From Ignavibacteria bacterium (lineage in GTDB: Bacteria > Bacteroidota > Ignavibacteria > UBA10030 > SZUA-254), in assembly GCA_016178625.1 (NCBI GenBank), contig JACOSX010000129.1:3898-67897 (forward strand): a stretch of 64,000 nt of DNA, given 5' to 3'. The notes beneath the pieces are model-generated. The model made no database searches, was not told where the DNA came from, and saw only the letters and a program-made list of their open reading frames with translations. The translations under genes were made by a program, and so were the position numbers. Below, piece by piece: positions 39,398 to 48,819 of the stretch (the stretch's first letter is position 1; every line of letters starts with the position of its first letter).

Positions 39398-39431
39398 AAC
39401 CTTGCGAAGGTTCTGAAACCTTCGCAAGGTT
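39398..39431 (+). repeat. REP hairpin, copy B, overlapping the stop codon of the E1 dehydrogenase gene by 1 nt
   Basis: Identical over 34 bp to 38760..38793, in the same orientation. Confidence 0.85.
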
Positions 39432-41524
39432 CAAAACGCCGCCAGCTTCAATGCCGCCTGCAAGATATCGTCTTCCTGCAGAAGAACTGCTCGCTCAAGA
39501 ATTCTGGCGAACGGAACGGGAGAGTTCTTTGAGGCAACGCGCATCACCGGTGCATCGAGATACTGGAAACAATGCTCGGCAATGAGGGATACGATCTCTC
39601 CACCAAACCCACCGAAGAGCGGATGCTCGTGGGCAACCAACAGTCGTCCGGTTTTCTGAACCGACTGCTTGATCGTCTCAACGTCCAGCGGATTGATCGA
39701 ACGCAGGTCAACCACTTCCGCACTTATCTGGTGGTCATCTGACAACTTGTTTGAAACTCTGAGAGCGAAGTGGACTGGCGTTCCCCACGCAACGATGGTC
39801 AGGTCGGTACCTTCACGTCGGACGCGTGCCTTTCCGAAGGGGATAACGTGTTTCTCAGATGTCCGCGCCGTCTTCGTGAAGAACTGATTGTAGAGGAATT
39901 TGTTCTCGATGTAGATGGTCGGTCCCCGACTTCGCATTGCCATCCGCATCAACCCGGCGGCGTCGTCGGCGAACGAAGGCATGACGATTCGCAATCCGGG
40001 AATTGTCGCAAACGTCGCATCCAAACTCTGTGAATGATACAGGCCGCCACCGATATATCCGCCTGACGCCAGTCTGATGACGATGTTTGGAGTGAATTGT
40101 CCGTTGGTACGGTAATACTCGTGCGAGACTTCTATTAATTGCTCCATCGCAGGCCAGAAGTAATCGGCAAATTGAGCGCCTTCAATGACGACCCAGAGAT
40201 CGTCGCGGTAACGTGAGAATCCATCGGCGGTTCCAACGATAAAATCTTCCGCAATCGGTGCATTGAAGACGCGTCGATTCCCAAACTCCTGTTGCATCCC
40301 TTTTGTCACATTGAAGACTCCGCCTTTTTCCTTTGATGCAACATCCTGGCCCCAGAGAAATGTGTGAGGGTTGCGGCGGAATTCTTCTTTCAATGTTTCG
40401 TTGATGGCTTCCCGAAGTGTGAGCGATGGTGCATCAGGTGCATGACCTATACCTGTATCCTCATGAGTGTGCTCGTATGCTGAAGGAATCACAAACGCTG
40501 TAGAGGTGGAAGGATCGGGGTCGGCTTCACCCTCAACTTTGATCGCAGCTTCCTCTACTGCAAGAGTATTTTGATCTTCGATATTGGAAATTTCTTTTTC
40601 GGAAAGCTCATCATGGTCGAGGAGATATTGTCGCAATCGTTTCACAGGGTCGGACTGTTGCGCCGTGGCGATCTCCTCAGGCGAGCGATACAGTTCTTGA
40701 CGATCTGAGTTGCTATGCGAGTTGAGACGGACACAGTCGGCATGAAGAATCGCGGGACCTTCCCCCGATTTGACATAATCGAGCGCTTCTTGCATTCCTC
40801 TCCATGAGTCAAAGACACTCGTGCCATCCACATTGACGATCTTCGCCGTCTTGAATCCGGAAAAATTCTCTCCAATGTTCTTGTTCGCCGCCTGCTCGCT
40901 GATCGGGACGGAGATGCCGTACTTGTTGTTCTGGATGACGAAGACGACCGGCAGCAGTTCACGCGCCGCGCCGCTAATCGCTTCGTACACAAATCCCTCT
41001 GAAGCAGCGGAGTCACCGAAGCTGGCGAAGGCGAGTTCATCACCATCGTATTTCTTGATTGCACGCGCAACACCTACGGCGTGAAGTGCATGGTTGCCCG
41101 TCGCCGATGAGACGCTCTGAATCCTGATGGACGGCTTCGAAAAATGATTGCTCATGTGCCGTCCGCCGGAGCCGACGTCCTTCGCCTTCGAGAGACCGTT
41201 CTCAATGATTTCTTCGATGGTTAATCCGGCAGCAAGCGATGTCATCAAGTCGCGATAGTAGGGAAACAAGAAATCTTTTCCCTGTCGGAAGGAGAGACCG
41301 AGAATCAGTTGGATGCCTTCATGCCCAGCACAAGAGGAATGATATGACCATCCTTTCGACTGTCGGACATACGTCGCCGCTTTCAGATCAAGCAGTCTGC
41401 CCAAATGGATGAGCTGGTACCAGTGCCGCAGCGTCTTGGAATGTACGGTGATGCCGGTATCCAAGAGCGGCATATAAGTGATTGCTTCGAGTTGGGGTTT
41501 CGTGTTTACTTCCTTCCCAGCCAT
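39431..41524 (-). CDS. 2-oxo-acid dehydrogenase E1 component with fused alpha and beta subunits (TPP-dependent)
   Basis: The N-terminal half resembles E1-alpha (TPP-binding GDSAASEG...). The C-terminal half resembles E1-beta/transketolase-like (FNAPIAEDFIVGTADG..., ...VVDLRSINPLD). The start moves to the ATG at 41524 (MAGKEVNTKPQLE); the ORF-track start adds 73 residues with no homology signal. Confidence 0.7.
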   Translation of the reverse strand: MAGKEVNTKPQLEAITYMPLLDTGITVHSKTLRHWYQLIHLGRLLDLKAATYVRQSKGWSYHSSCAGHEGIQLILGLSFRQGKDFLFPYYRDLMTSLAAGLTIEEIIENGLSKAKDVGSGGRHMSNHFSKPSIRIQSVSSATGNHALHAVGVARAIKKYDGDELAFASFGDSAASEGFVYEAISGAARELLPVVFVIQNNKYGISVPISEQAANKNIGENFSGFKTAKIVNVDGTSVFDSWRGMQEALDYVKSGEGPAILHADCVRLNSHSNSDRQELYRSPEEIATAQQSDPVKRLRQYLLDHDELSEKEISNIEDQNTLAVEEAAIKVEGEADPDPSTSTAFVIPSAYEHTHEDTGIGHAPDAPSLTLREAINETLKEEFRRNPHTFLWGQDVASKEKGGVFNVTKGMQQEFGNRRVFNAPIAEDFIVGTADGFSRYRDDLWVVIEGAQFADYFWPAMEQLIEVSHEYYRTNGQFTPNIVIRLASGGYIGGGLYHSQSLDATFATIPGLRIVMPSFADDAAGLMRMAMRSRGPTIYIENKFLYNQFFTKTARTSEKHVIPFGKARVRREGTDLTIVAWGTPVHFALRVSNKLSDDHQISAEVVDLRSINPLDVETIKQSVQKTGRLLVAHEHPLFGGFGGEIVSLIAEHCFQYLDAPVMRVASKNSPVPFARILERAVLLQEDDILQAALKLAAF

Positions 41525-41734
41525 GATGATCGATCTATTGCAACTTGTTTTCTCGTTTTCCAAACACAGCATAAAGATAGAAAAATTTTTTGTTAAGGCA
41601 AATTTTAGTATATTTCCACCTCGCAAGTCGTTTTCCATCAATATGATAACGAGATAGCATAACGGTGGGTAACGATGATGCAAACAGCATGTGTACGTTA
41701 TCGGCACTTCACAACCACCATCAATAGTACGAGC

Positions 41735-42532
41735 ATGGCACAAAAAGTTTTAAACATCCTATTCATTGGAGACATCGTCGGAAAACCGGGGCTCGATCTC
41801 GTCGAGACGCTCATCAAGAGCTATGTCCAGAAATATGAGATTGATTTCTGCATCGCCAACGGAGAAAACCTTGTTGATGGCAAAGGGATCAATGAAGAAG
41901 CAGCCACCAAGGTGTTCAGTCTCGGCGTCCATGTCATCACGGGCGGAAACCATCTGTGGGATAACTGGCATGCGCGGAAACTTCTTGGAGCCAATAGGAA
42001 TGTTCTTCGCCCGTTAAACTATCCGGCGGAGAATCCCGGCAACGGGTACGTCGTCTACGATCTCGGCGAGAAAGGAAAAGTTGGTGTTCTGAATTTACAA
42101 GGTCGCGTCTATATGCAGACGATCGATTGTCCGTTTAAGAAGGCCGATTGGGCTGTCGGGAGGATCACTGAGCAAACGAAGGTCATCTTTCTTGATATGC
42201 ACGCCGAAGCGACGGCAGAGAAAATGGCGCTTGGGTGGCATCTTGACGGTCGCATCACTGCGATGGTGGGAACGCACACACATATCCAGACGGCGGACGC
42301 GCGGATATTACCGCGAGGAACGGCGTACATTACCGATGTCGGCATGACCGGTCCCTATGATTCCGTGATCGGATTGAAAAAAGAAATCGCCATCCGTCGG
42401 TTCCTCCACCAAACACCGTACAAGTACGAGATGGCATCACACGATGTGAGACTTGCCGGTGTGTATCTCCAGGCAGACGCGGAAAGCGGGAAGGCGTTGA
42501 AGTTCGAGAGTTTTATGTACCCGAAGTTTTAG
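41735..42532 (+). CDS. YmdB-like (TIGR00282) metallophosphoesterase
   Basis: VLNILFIGDIVGKPG...FCIANGENLVDGKG...VITGGNHLWDNW...DMHAEATAEK...GTHTHIQTADARIL; ATG at 41735. Confidence 0.75.
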   Translation: MAQKVLNILFIGDIVGKPGLDLVETLIKSYVQKYEIDFCIANGENLVDGKGINEEAATKVFSLGVHVITGGNHLWDNWHARKLLGANRNVLRPLNYPAENPGNGYVVYDLGEKGKVGVLNLQGRVYMQTIDCPFKKADWAVGRITEQTKVIFLDMHAEATAEKMALGWHLDGRITAMVGTHTHIQTADARILPRGTAYITDVGMTGPYDSVIGLKKEIAIRRFLHQTPYKYEMASHDVRLAGVYLQADAESGKALKFESFMYPKF

Positions 42533-42626
42533 AAACCGAAATCCGATTCACGGTTCACGATTCATGATTCAAGCGTTGTTCTCTTACAAACGGGACCTGA
42601 ATCTTGAATCAACTATCGCTACTACT

Positions 42627-43517
42627 ATGACTGCAGTTATCATCGACGGTAAAAAAATAGCTGAAGACATCAAACGAGAAGTAAAGCGTGAGACGGAGAA
42701 GCTCAACGCCGACAAGGGGATCACTCCTGGTTTAGCCTTTATTCTCGTTGGAGATAACCCTGCTTCACAAGCGTATGTGCGGATGAAGGGAAAAGGATGT
42801 GAAGAGATGGGTTTTTATTCCATCACGGAGAGGCTCCCCGCAGAGACTACACAAGAACACTTGCTTCAGCTCATCGACAAGTTCAATCGAGATCCGAACA
42901 TTCATGGTATCCTCGTCCAGCTCCCGTTGCCTAAACATATCAGCGAGGAACACGTTCTCACTGCCATTGATTATCGAAAGGATGTCGACGGATTTCATCC
43001 GATTAACGTGGGAAAGCTCGTTATCGGGCAGGAGTGTCTCAAGCCATGTACGCCTCTTGGCGTGCAGGAACTTCTCGTGCGCAGCGGTAACGATCCTTCC
43101 GGAAAACACGTCGTTGTGGTTGGACGCAGCAATATTGTCGGCAAACCGGTGTTGAATATCCTTCTCCAAAAACAGAAAGGTGCTAACGCGGTTGTCACGA
43201 TTGCGCACACAGGAGCGAAAGACACTTCACAATACACGAGGCAAGCTGATATCGTGATTGCGGCGATGGGTCGACCGGAATGCATCACAGGCGAAATGAT
43301 TAAGCCAGGTGCTGTGGTGATTGATGTCGGGATCAATCGCATCGACGATACTACTGCCAAGAACGGTTATCGACTTGTGGGAGATGTACATTTTGCTTCG
43401 GCAGCAGCAGTCGCGAGTGCAATCACGCCGGTTCCCGGTGGCGTAGGACCGATGACGATTGCGATGCTGTTGAGGAACACTCTTCTCGCTGCGGCTGGTA
43501 CTTTATACCATGAATAA
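42627..43517 (+). CDS. folD: Bifunctional 5,10-methylene-THF dehydrogenase/cyclohydrolase
   Basis: MTAVIIDGKKIAEDIKRE..., YVRMKGKGCEE (K-x-K cyclohydrolase motif), HGILVQLPLPKHI and VVVVGRSNIVGKP (NADP binding). ATG at 42627. Confidence 0.85.
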   Translation: MTAVIIDGKKIAEDIKREVKRETEKLNADKGITPGLAFILVGDNPASQAYVRMKGKGCEEMGFYSITERLPAETTQEHLLQLIDKFNRDPNIHGILVQLPLPKHISEEHVLTAIDYRKDVDGFHPINVGKLVIGQECLKPCTPLGVQELLVRSGNDPSGKHVVVVGRSNIVGKPVLNILLQKQKGANAVVTIAHTGAKDTSQYTRQADIVIAAMGRPECITGEMIKPGAVVIDVGINRIDDTTAKNGYRLVGDVHFASAAAVASAITPVPGGVGPMTIAMLLRNTLLAAAGTLYHE

Positions 43518-43585
43518 GTTCTTCTGCCAGCTTCGTTTCTGAAGGTGATTCTCCTCATCTCTTTCCTTGCTTCTTATACCCTTTT

Positions 43586-44584
43586 TTGATAATTTGGTGC
43601 TCGCAATGGTCGCATGCAGCTACTCATTCATTCTGGGAACCGACTTCTGTGGGCGAGCAAAAACAGTACGTAATCGGGATCGATGGCGGAGGCACAAAGA
43701 CGCATGCACTCCTCGTCGACATGGAAGGCACGGTGCTGGCAGAATGTACCGGGGGTCCTACACACCTTCAAAATGTCGGGGTGAAACAGGCAGCAGCTGT
43801 ACTCTTTGATCTCATCAAAGGATGTTGTGATAAGGTGGCGTCTGACGCGCAGCCTGTACAAAGCGTCGTCATTGGTATCGCGGGAGCCGGGCGCGCCGCC
43901 AATAAACTTGAGCTCACCAACGCGCTTCTTGGGCTGAGCCTGAAGAAAAAGTTTCCGTTGAAGAATGTCACTGTCGAGTCGGATGTCCGGATCGCGCTCG
44001 AAGCGGCATTCGCCGGTGGACCCGGTGTTGTTGTCATTGCCGGCACTGGCTCCATCGCTTTCTACCGGACTGAGGATGGGAAGCTTCTCCGCGCCGGTGG
44101 GTGGGGAAATATCCTCGGTGATGAAGGAGGCGGCTTCGCGATCGGACGAGACGCACTCAACGCGGTGATGCGCCAACACGATGGACGAAGTGAGAAAACC
44201 CTCCTCACCAAGAAGGTGTTCGAACATTTTAGCATTTCCACTGTTGACGATCTGATCGCGAAAGTGTATCACGAGCATGTTGATGTCGCGTCATTCGCTC
44301 CAAAAGTGTTTGATGCCGTTGTCGAGCGCGACCGCGTGGCACATATGATCCTTGTGAAAAATGCCAATGAATTGGTTGAATTGGTTCGTGTTCTGATGAT
44401 GCAGGTTCGACCCAAAAAGAAACTCCCTGTCGCCTTGATGGGAGGGCTTCTCGAATCCGAGAATGTGTATTCTAAAATGGTCAAAGAAAAAATTGCTCAC
44501 TCGCTTCCTCAAGTGGTCGTTCAGAAACCGAAATTTCTCTCTGCATTCGGTGCAGCTATTCTCGGATTACATGCCTTTCATTAG
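43586..44584 (+). CDS. BadF/BadG/BcrA/BcrD-type ATPase, N-acetylglucosamine (or MurNAc) kinase-like
   Basis: YVIGIDGGGTKTHALLVD (phosphate-1), VVIGIAGAG and VVIAGTGSIAF (ASKHA-fold motifs). The true start may be the in-frame GTG (V of TSVGEQKQ) just before YVIGIDGGG, near 43650. Confidence 0.6.
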   Translation: MIIWCSQWSHAATHSFWEPTSVGEQKQYVIGIDGGGTKTHALLVDMEGTVLAECTGGPTHLQNVGVKQAAAVLFDLIKGCCDKVASDAQPVQSVVIGIAGAGRAANKLELTNALLGLSLKKKFPLKNVTVESDVRIALEAAFAGGPGVVVIAGTGSIAFYRTEDGKLLRAGGWGNILGDEGGGFAIGRDALNAVMRQHDGRSEKTLLTKKVFEHFSISTVDDLIAKVYHEHVDVASFAPKVFDAVVERDRVAHMILVKNANELVELVRVLMMQVRPKKKLPVALMGGLLESENVYSKMVKEKIAHSLPQVVVQKPKFLSAFGAAILGLHAFH

Positions 44585-47471
44585 CCGAAAATTCGCTTTC
44601 ATCGCATTCACCCTTCTTGTCGGAGCCTGGCTCTCAGGTTGCGCTCCGCAGCCTGTCATGAAGGAACGCGCGAAGGCCGAGTGGATCGAACAAACTTTGA
44701 AGCGACTCACGCTCGAAGAGAAGATCAGTCAGATGATCATGTCGCGTGCTTACGGCTATTACTACAGTAACGAGAGCGATGAGTTCCGCCGACTTGACCA
44801 TCTTGTTAAGGATCATAAAGTTGGCGGACTGATTTTCTTCCAAGGCGATGTCTTCGAGACCGCTACCCTCGTCAACCGAATGCAAGAGAGAGCAGATGTG
44901 CCGTTGCTCATCGCGTCTGATTTCGAGTGGGGGACGGCGATGCGTATTCGGCGTGCGACCCGCTTCCCGGAGGCAATGGCTCTTGGCGCTACGCGAGATA
45001 CCCTTCTCGCCTTTCAGCTGGGAAAAGCAACAGGAGAGGAAACACGCGCAATCGGAGTGCATGTAGACTTCGCACCGGTTGCTGACGTGAACGTTAACCC
45101 CAACAACCCGGTCATCAACACGCGATCGTTCGGTGAGAATCCGAACCTCGTTGGCGATATGGCGAAGTCGTTTGCTGCAGGATTGCAATCAGCGGGAGTG
45201 CTGGCGACTGCGAAACACTTTCCCGGTCATGGAGATACCCAAGTCGATTCACACCTTGACCTTCCGAGGATAACTGTGAGTCGTGGAAGATTGGATAGTG
45301 TTGAACTCATCCCCTTTAAATCCGTCATTGATCGTGGAATCGCGGCGGTGATGATCGCGCATCTTGAAGTTCCAGCGGTTGAGTCGAACAGCGCGCTCCC
45401 TGCCACACTCTCACCGACGATTATTCAAGGTCTGCTACGTCGTGAGTTGGGATTCAATGGTCTTGTTGTCACCGATGCGCTGGATATGGGGGCAGTGGTG
45501 AAAGGATTTGGCTCGGATTCAGCGGCAGTGAGAGCTGTTGAAGCAGGAGCAGATATTCTGCTGATACCTCAGGATGAGGATGAAGCAGTAACTGCCGTCA
45601 TGAATGGGGTGAGAGCCGGGAGAATCCCACAGGAAAGGATAAACACATCCGTAAGAAAGATATTAGGATACAAGTGGGATCTCGGTCTTGCGCAAAAACG
45701 AACGATCGACATGGACAAGATTCCGGACGTTGTGGCGACTCCTCAACACCTGTCTCTCGCGAAACAGATCGCCCGTAAGGCGATCACTGTCTTGAAGAAT
45801 GATTCGATCTTGCCATTACCAAGATTCGATCAGAAAAAAATCTTGAATGTGGTGGTGGCTGATCAGGAGAACTACCGGACGGAGATCCACCGCTCGTCCT
45901 CGCAGTGGCCTAACGAGCCTGTGGGTGAATACTTCAACGTACAGTTCCGAAAGCGATATCTCAATCTGCAAACCGCCCACGTCGATCCGTCCAGCGACTC
46001 ATTGGATTTTTTGTCGATTCTCAAGAAAGCGAAGTCGAGCGATGTCATTGTGTGTCCGGTGTTCTCTAAAGCTCGGTCGGGATCAGGGCAGTTCGGTTTT
46101 CCACAGGAACTCATTAAATTTGTGAACGACATGATCGCGCTCAAGAAACCGACGATCATGATAACCATGGGGAGCCCATATATTCTCAATGTCTTCCCGA
46201 ACGCAAACGCGTATCTCTGCTCATACTCAGACGCAGAAGTCTCTACCGAGGCGACGCTGGAGGCATTGTTCGGAGAAGTCCCGGCAAGCGGTAGGCTACC
46301 GGTGACCATTCCCGACATGTTTCCTTATGGCAGCGGGATTGACGTTCCGCAATCCGTCGTGCGCCGAGATTTTCCGGAAGCTCTGGGATTTGATCGCGAT
46401 AGTCTCACCCGCATTGACTCGATCATCGCTAAAGCAATTCATGATTCTGCATTTCCCGGGGCACAAGTCTTGGTCGCGAAAGATGGTGCGATCGTTTACA
46501 ACAAATCATTTGGAACTCTCGAGTATTCGACAAGTAATGCACACGTGAGCACTAATACGATGTATGATCTTGCTTCACTGACCAAGGTCGTTGCTACGAC
46601 ATCTGCGATCATGAAGTTGTATGATGAAGGGAAGATTCAACTTGATGACAAAGTCATAAAGTATATTCCCGAGTTCGCCAATCATGGCAAGGGAACGATC
46701 ACGCTGCGAAATCTTCTCAGCCACACGGGTGGATTGCCGCCCTTCAAGCGCTTGTTCCTCACGTGCAAATCGCCACAAGAGGTCTTGGATTCCGTCTATC
46801 AAACTGAGATGATGTACAAGCCCGGTGACTCGACGGTATACAGTGACTTTGATTTTATCCTCCTCGGAAAAATTATAGAGCGAGTAACGGGTGTTCCACT
46901 CGATCGCTATGTCGATTCGACGTTCTTCAAGCCTTTGGGAATGACTTCAACGATGTTCAATCCATCGAAATCATTGTGGGAGAATATCGCACCGACGGAG
47001 TTCGATTCAGCCTATCGCAAGCAGCTTGTGCGCGGGGTTGTTCATGATGAAAACGCGTATGCGCTCGGTGGAATATCGGGCCATGCCGGTCTGTTTTCAA
47101 CTGCATCCAACCTCGCGGTGTTCATGCAGATGGTGTTGAATGAAGGAAGCTACGGTGGTAGACAATACCTGAACTCCCAAACAATAAGGCTCTTCACGAC
47201 CAAGCAGAACTCGAAAAGTACTCGCGCCCTTGGATGGGATACGAAGACGATCAATGGTTACAGCACTGCCGGGAAGCTGTTCGGCGAGACATCGTTTGGT
47301 CATACTGGATTTACGGGCACCTCCATCTGGGCTGATCCTGCAAAGAAAATTTTTGTTATATTCTTGACCAACCGTGTTTATCCAACCCGGGGCAACACCA
47401 GGATTACTCCAGTACGCCCGGCCGTGCATGATGCCGTCATTCGTGCCCTTATAAGTAATACCCCGAAGTAA
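44571..47471 (+). CDS. Fusion lipoprotein: GH3 beta-N-acetylhexosaminidase (NagZ-like) domain plus class-C-type beta-lactamase/serine hydrolase domain
   Basis: ATG at 44571 with the lipoprotein signal FTLLVGAWLSGC. GH3 N-domain blocks include KHFPGHGDTQVDSH and VVTDALDMGA. The C-terminal domain carries the SxxK motif DLASLTKVVAT, a YSD motif and a GHTGFTG (KTG-like) motif. Confidence 0.7.
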   Translation: MPFISRKFAFIAFTLLVGAWLSGCAPQPVMKERAKAEWIEQTLKRLTLEEKISQMIMSRAYGYYYSNESDEFRRLDHLVKDHKVGGLIFFQGDVFETATLVNRMQERADVPLLIASDFEWGTAMRIRRATRFPEAMALGATRDTLLAFQLGKATGEETRAIGVHVDFAPVADVNVNPNNPVINTRSFGENPNLVGDMAKSFAAGLQSAGVLATAKHFPGHGDTQVDSHLDLPRITVSRGRLDSVELIPFKSVIDRGIAAVMIAHLEVPAVESNSALPATLSPTIIQGLLRRELGFNGLVVTDALDMGAVVKGFGSDSAAVRAVEAGADILLIPQDEDEAVTAVMNGVRAGRIPQERINTSVRKILGYKWDLGLAQKRTIDMDKIPDVVATPQHLSLAKQIARKAITVLKNDSILPLPRFDQKKILNVVVADQENYRTEIHRSSSQWPNEPVGEYFNVQFRKRYLNLQTAHVDPSSDSLDFLSILKKAKSSDVIVCPVFSKARSGSGQFGFPQELIKFVNDMIALKKPTIMITMGSPYILNVFPNANAYLCSYSDAEVSTEATLEALFGEVPASGRLPVTIPDMFPYGSGIDVPQSVVRRDFPEALGFDRDSLTRIDSIIAKAIHDSAFPGAQVLVAKDGAIVYNKSFGTLEYSTSNAHVSTNTMYDLASLTKVVATTSAIMKLYDEGKIQLDDKVIKYIPEFANHGKGTITLRNLLSHTGGLPPFKRLFLTCKSPQEVLDSVYQTEMMYKPGDSTVYSDFDFILLGKIIERVTGVPLDRYVDSTFFKPLGMTSTMFNPSKSLWENIAPTEFDSAYRKQLVRGVVHDENAYALGGISGHAGLFSTASNLAVFMQMVLNEGSYGGRQYLNSQTIRLFTTKQNSKSTRALGWDTKTINGYSTAGKLFGETSFGHTGFTGTSIWADPAKKIFVIFLTNRVYPTRGNTRITPVRPAVHDAVIRALISNTPK

Positions 47472-47527
47472 CTCTTCAGTCTCGGAGGTTTGATCAAGAA
47501 ACCAAAGAAAGGCTCCTATGGCAATCT

Positions 47528-48808
47528 GTGTCCGCGTCTTTGTGTTTTTCATTCTGCCATCCTGCGCTGCGATCGCACAAGACAGTGTTTCGATTTCTGA
47601 TTTCCGATATCCGGAGACACAAGCAATCGACTGGAAGGGCAACGCAACCGGTTATTTTAACAGCGGGAGCAGAGAAGGTAATTCATTTCGATCTTCGATG
47701 TACCCCCGATAGAAGAGATCAAACAGAAAATGACACAGGGGTCGTTCGACGGGATGAATCGAACGATCGCAGCTGGTCGGGTGCCCTTGGTGCAAGTTGG
47801 TCGGTTCTTCATTATCTTTCCGATGATGGATTCCATTTGATGACGAGATTATCATCGGGCGTTTCTGGTTCCTATTCAAAGTTGAATTTGGTGACGAATC
47901 GTTCTCAAGCACAAACGAGTGAAGAGGAAATCCGTAAGTCCTATTCCCTTCATTTCCAAGGATCACTCGCCATCGGTTACGGAAGAATCCGCGATGGATC
48001 GTTTATCTATCGTGCATTGAGGGTGGTTGAACGTTTACGTGAAGATGGCGTTGTTAATCGTCAGTTGAGCAGGAGTGAGATGCTTGATCTTGCTGATCGT
48101 CTTGCTCGTAGAAGGGACTATACAACCAATTTCGAACGATACGAAAAGTATTTTGTTCAGGATATCATCGCCGAGCTGGCTGAGCGGGGGGCGCTCGGAT
48201 CGCAGCAACTCACGGGGCTTTCTACGCTAAAGATTGTCGAGGCACTCCGTCAAGATATCCAGTCGCGGCTCTTCGGTTGGAGGGTGTATTACGCATTCAA
48301 TGATACCCATGATCAATCTCGTTCTGATGGACAGACAATCGTCGCAGGATCAAGTGCAGTCGGCTACGACCAGTTCAACAACGACTGGATATATGTGCAC
48401 GAAGTTGGTGCTGAGTTTGGTTACCCTTTCTCCCTGTTCACGCATCTATATTCTAAGTTCAAGGTGGAGTTACCGAATCATCATTATGATACGCGATTTT
48501 TTATGAGACTCACCACCACATTGACTCATGAAATTGGAGAAAGAGTCGAGCTGGGTGGAAGTGTCGACTTTACAAATGGCTCCGGTTCTGTTTACAGCTA
48601 TGACGTTGACCAGTACACGAGAGCCACGTCTTACACAATTTCGGGAAATTTTGTATATTTCCTTGAGGATCAATTGCGATTTATTACTAGTATGAGTTAT
48701 GGGAACTATCGCTCTGATGGATACGGAGTTAAGCCACCCTATTTCCCAGCATCTTATACGTCTTCAGGCTTTTCATTTTCATTTGGTCTAACATACAACA
48801 TTATTTAA
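47528..48808 (+). CDS. Hypothetical outer-membrane beta-barrel protein; probable frameshift at the 5' end
   Basis: The C-terminus (FSFSFGLTYNII) is beta-barrel-like with alternating aromatic residues. The listed ORF has no signal peptide, while the overlapping frame 47518..47712 encodes a canonical one (MAICVRVFVFFILPSCAAIAQ). Confidence 0.45.
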   Translation: MSASLCFSFCHPALRSHKTVFRFLISDIRRHKQSTGRATQPVILTAGAEKVIHFDLRCTPDRRDQTENDTGVVRRDESNDRSWSGALGASWSVLHYLSDDGFHLMTRLSSGVSGSYSKLNLVTNRSQAQTSEEEIRKSYSLHFQGSLAIGYGRIRDGSFIYRALRVVERLREDGVVNRQLSRSEMLDLADRLARRRDYTTNFERYEKYFVQDIIAELAERGALGSQQLTGLSTLKIVEALRQDIQSRLFGWRVYYAFNDTHDQSRSDGQTIVAGSSAVGYDQFNNDWIYVHEVGAEFGYPFSLFTHLYSKFKVELPNHHYDTRFFMRLTTTLTHEIGERVELGGSVDFTNGSGSVYSYDVDQYTRATSYTISGNFVYFLEDQLRFITSMSYGNYRSDGYGVKPPYFPASYTSSGFSFSFGLTYNII

Positions 48809-48819
48809 GAAGGACATCC

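Larger units (their letters stand above)
38760..39431 (-). mobile_element. REP-RAYT-REP unit (REPIN-type domesticated transposase locus)
   Basis: The RAYT gene is bracketed by two identical 34-bp palindromic REPs. The unit is inserted between a hypothetical gene and the 3' end of the E1 gene. Confidence 0.75.

Noticed and set aside
41525-41743. Extended N-terminus of the E1 dehydrogenase ORF (track start 41743, 73 extra residues: MCHARTIDGGCEVPITYTCC...)
   Set aside because: This leader has no E1 homology and reads like translated AT-rich promoter DNA. The ATG at 41524 (MAGKEVNTKPQLE) begins the conserved region.
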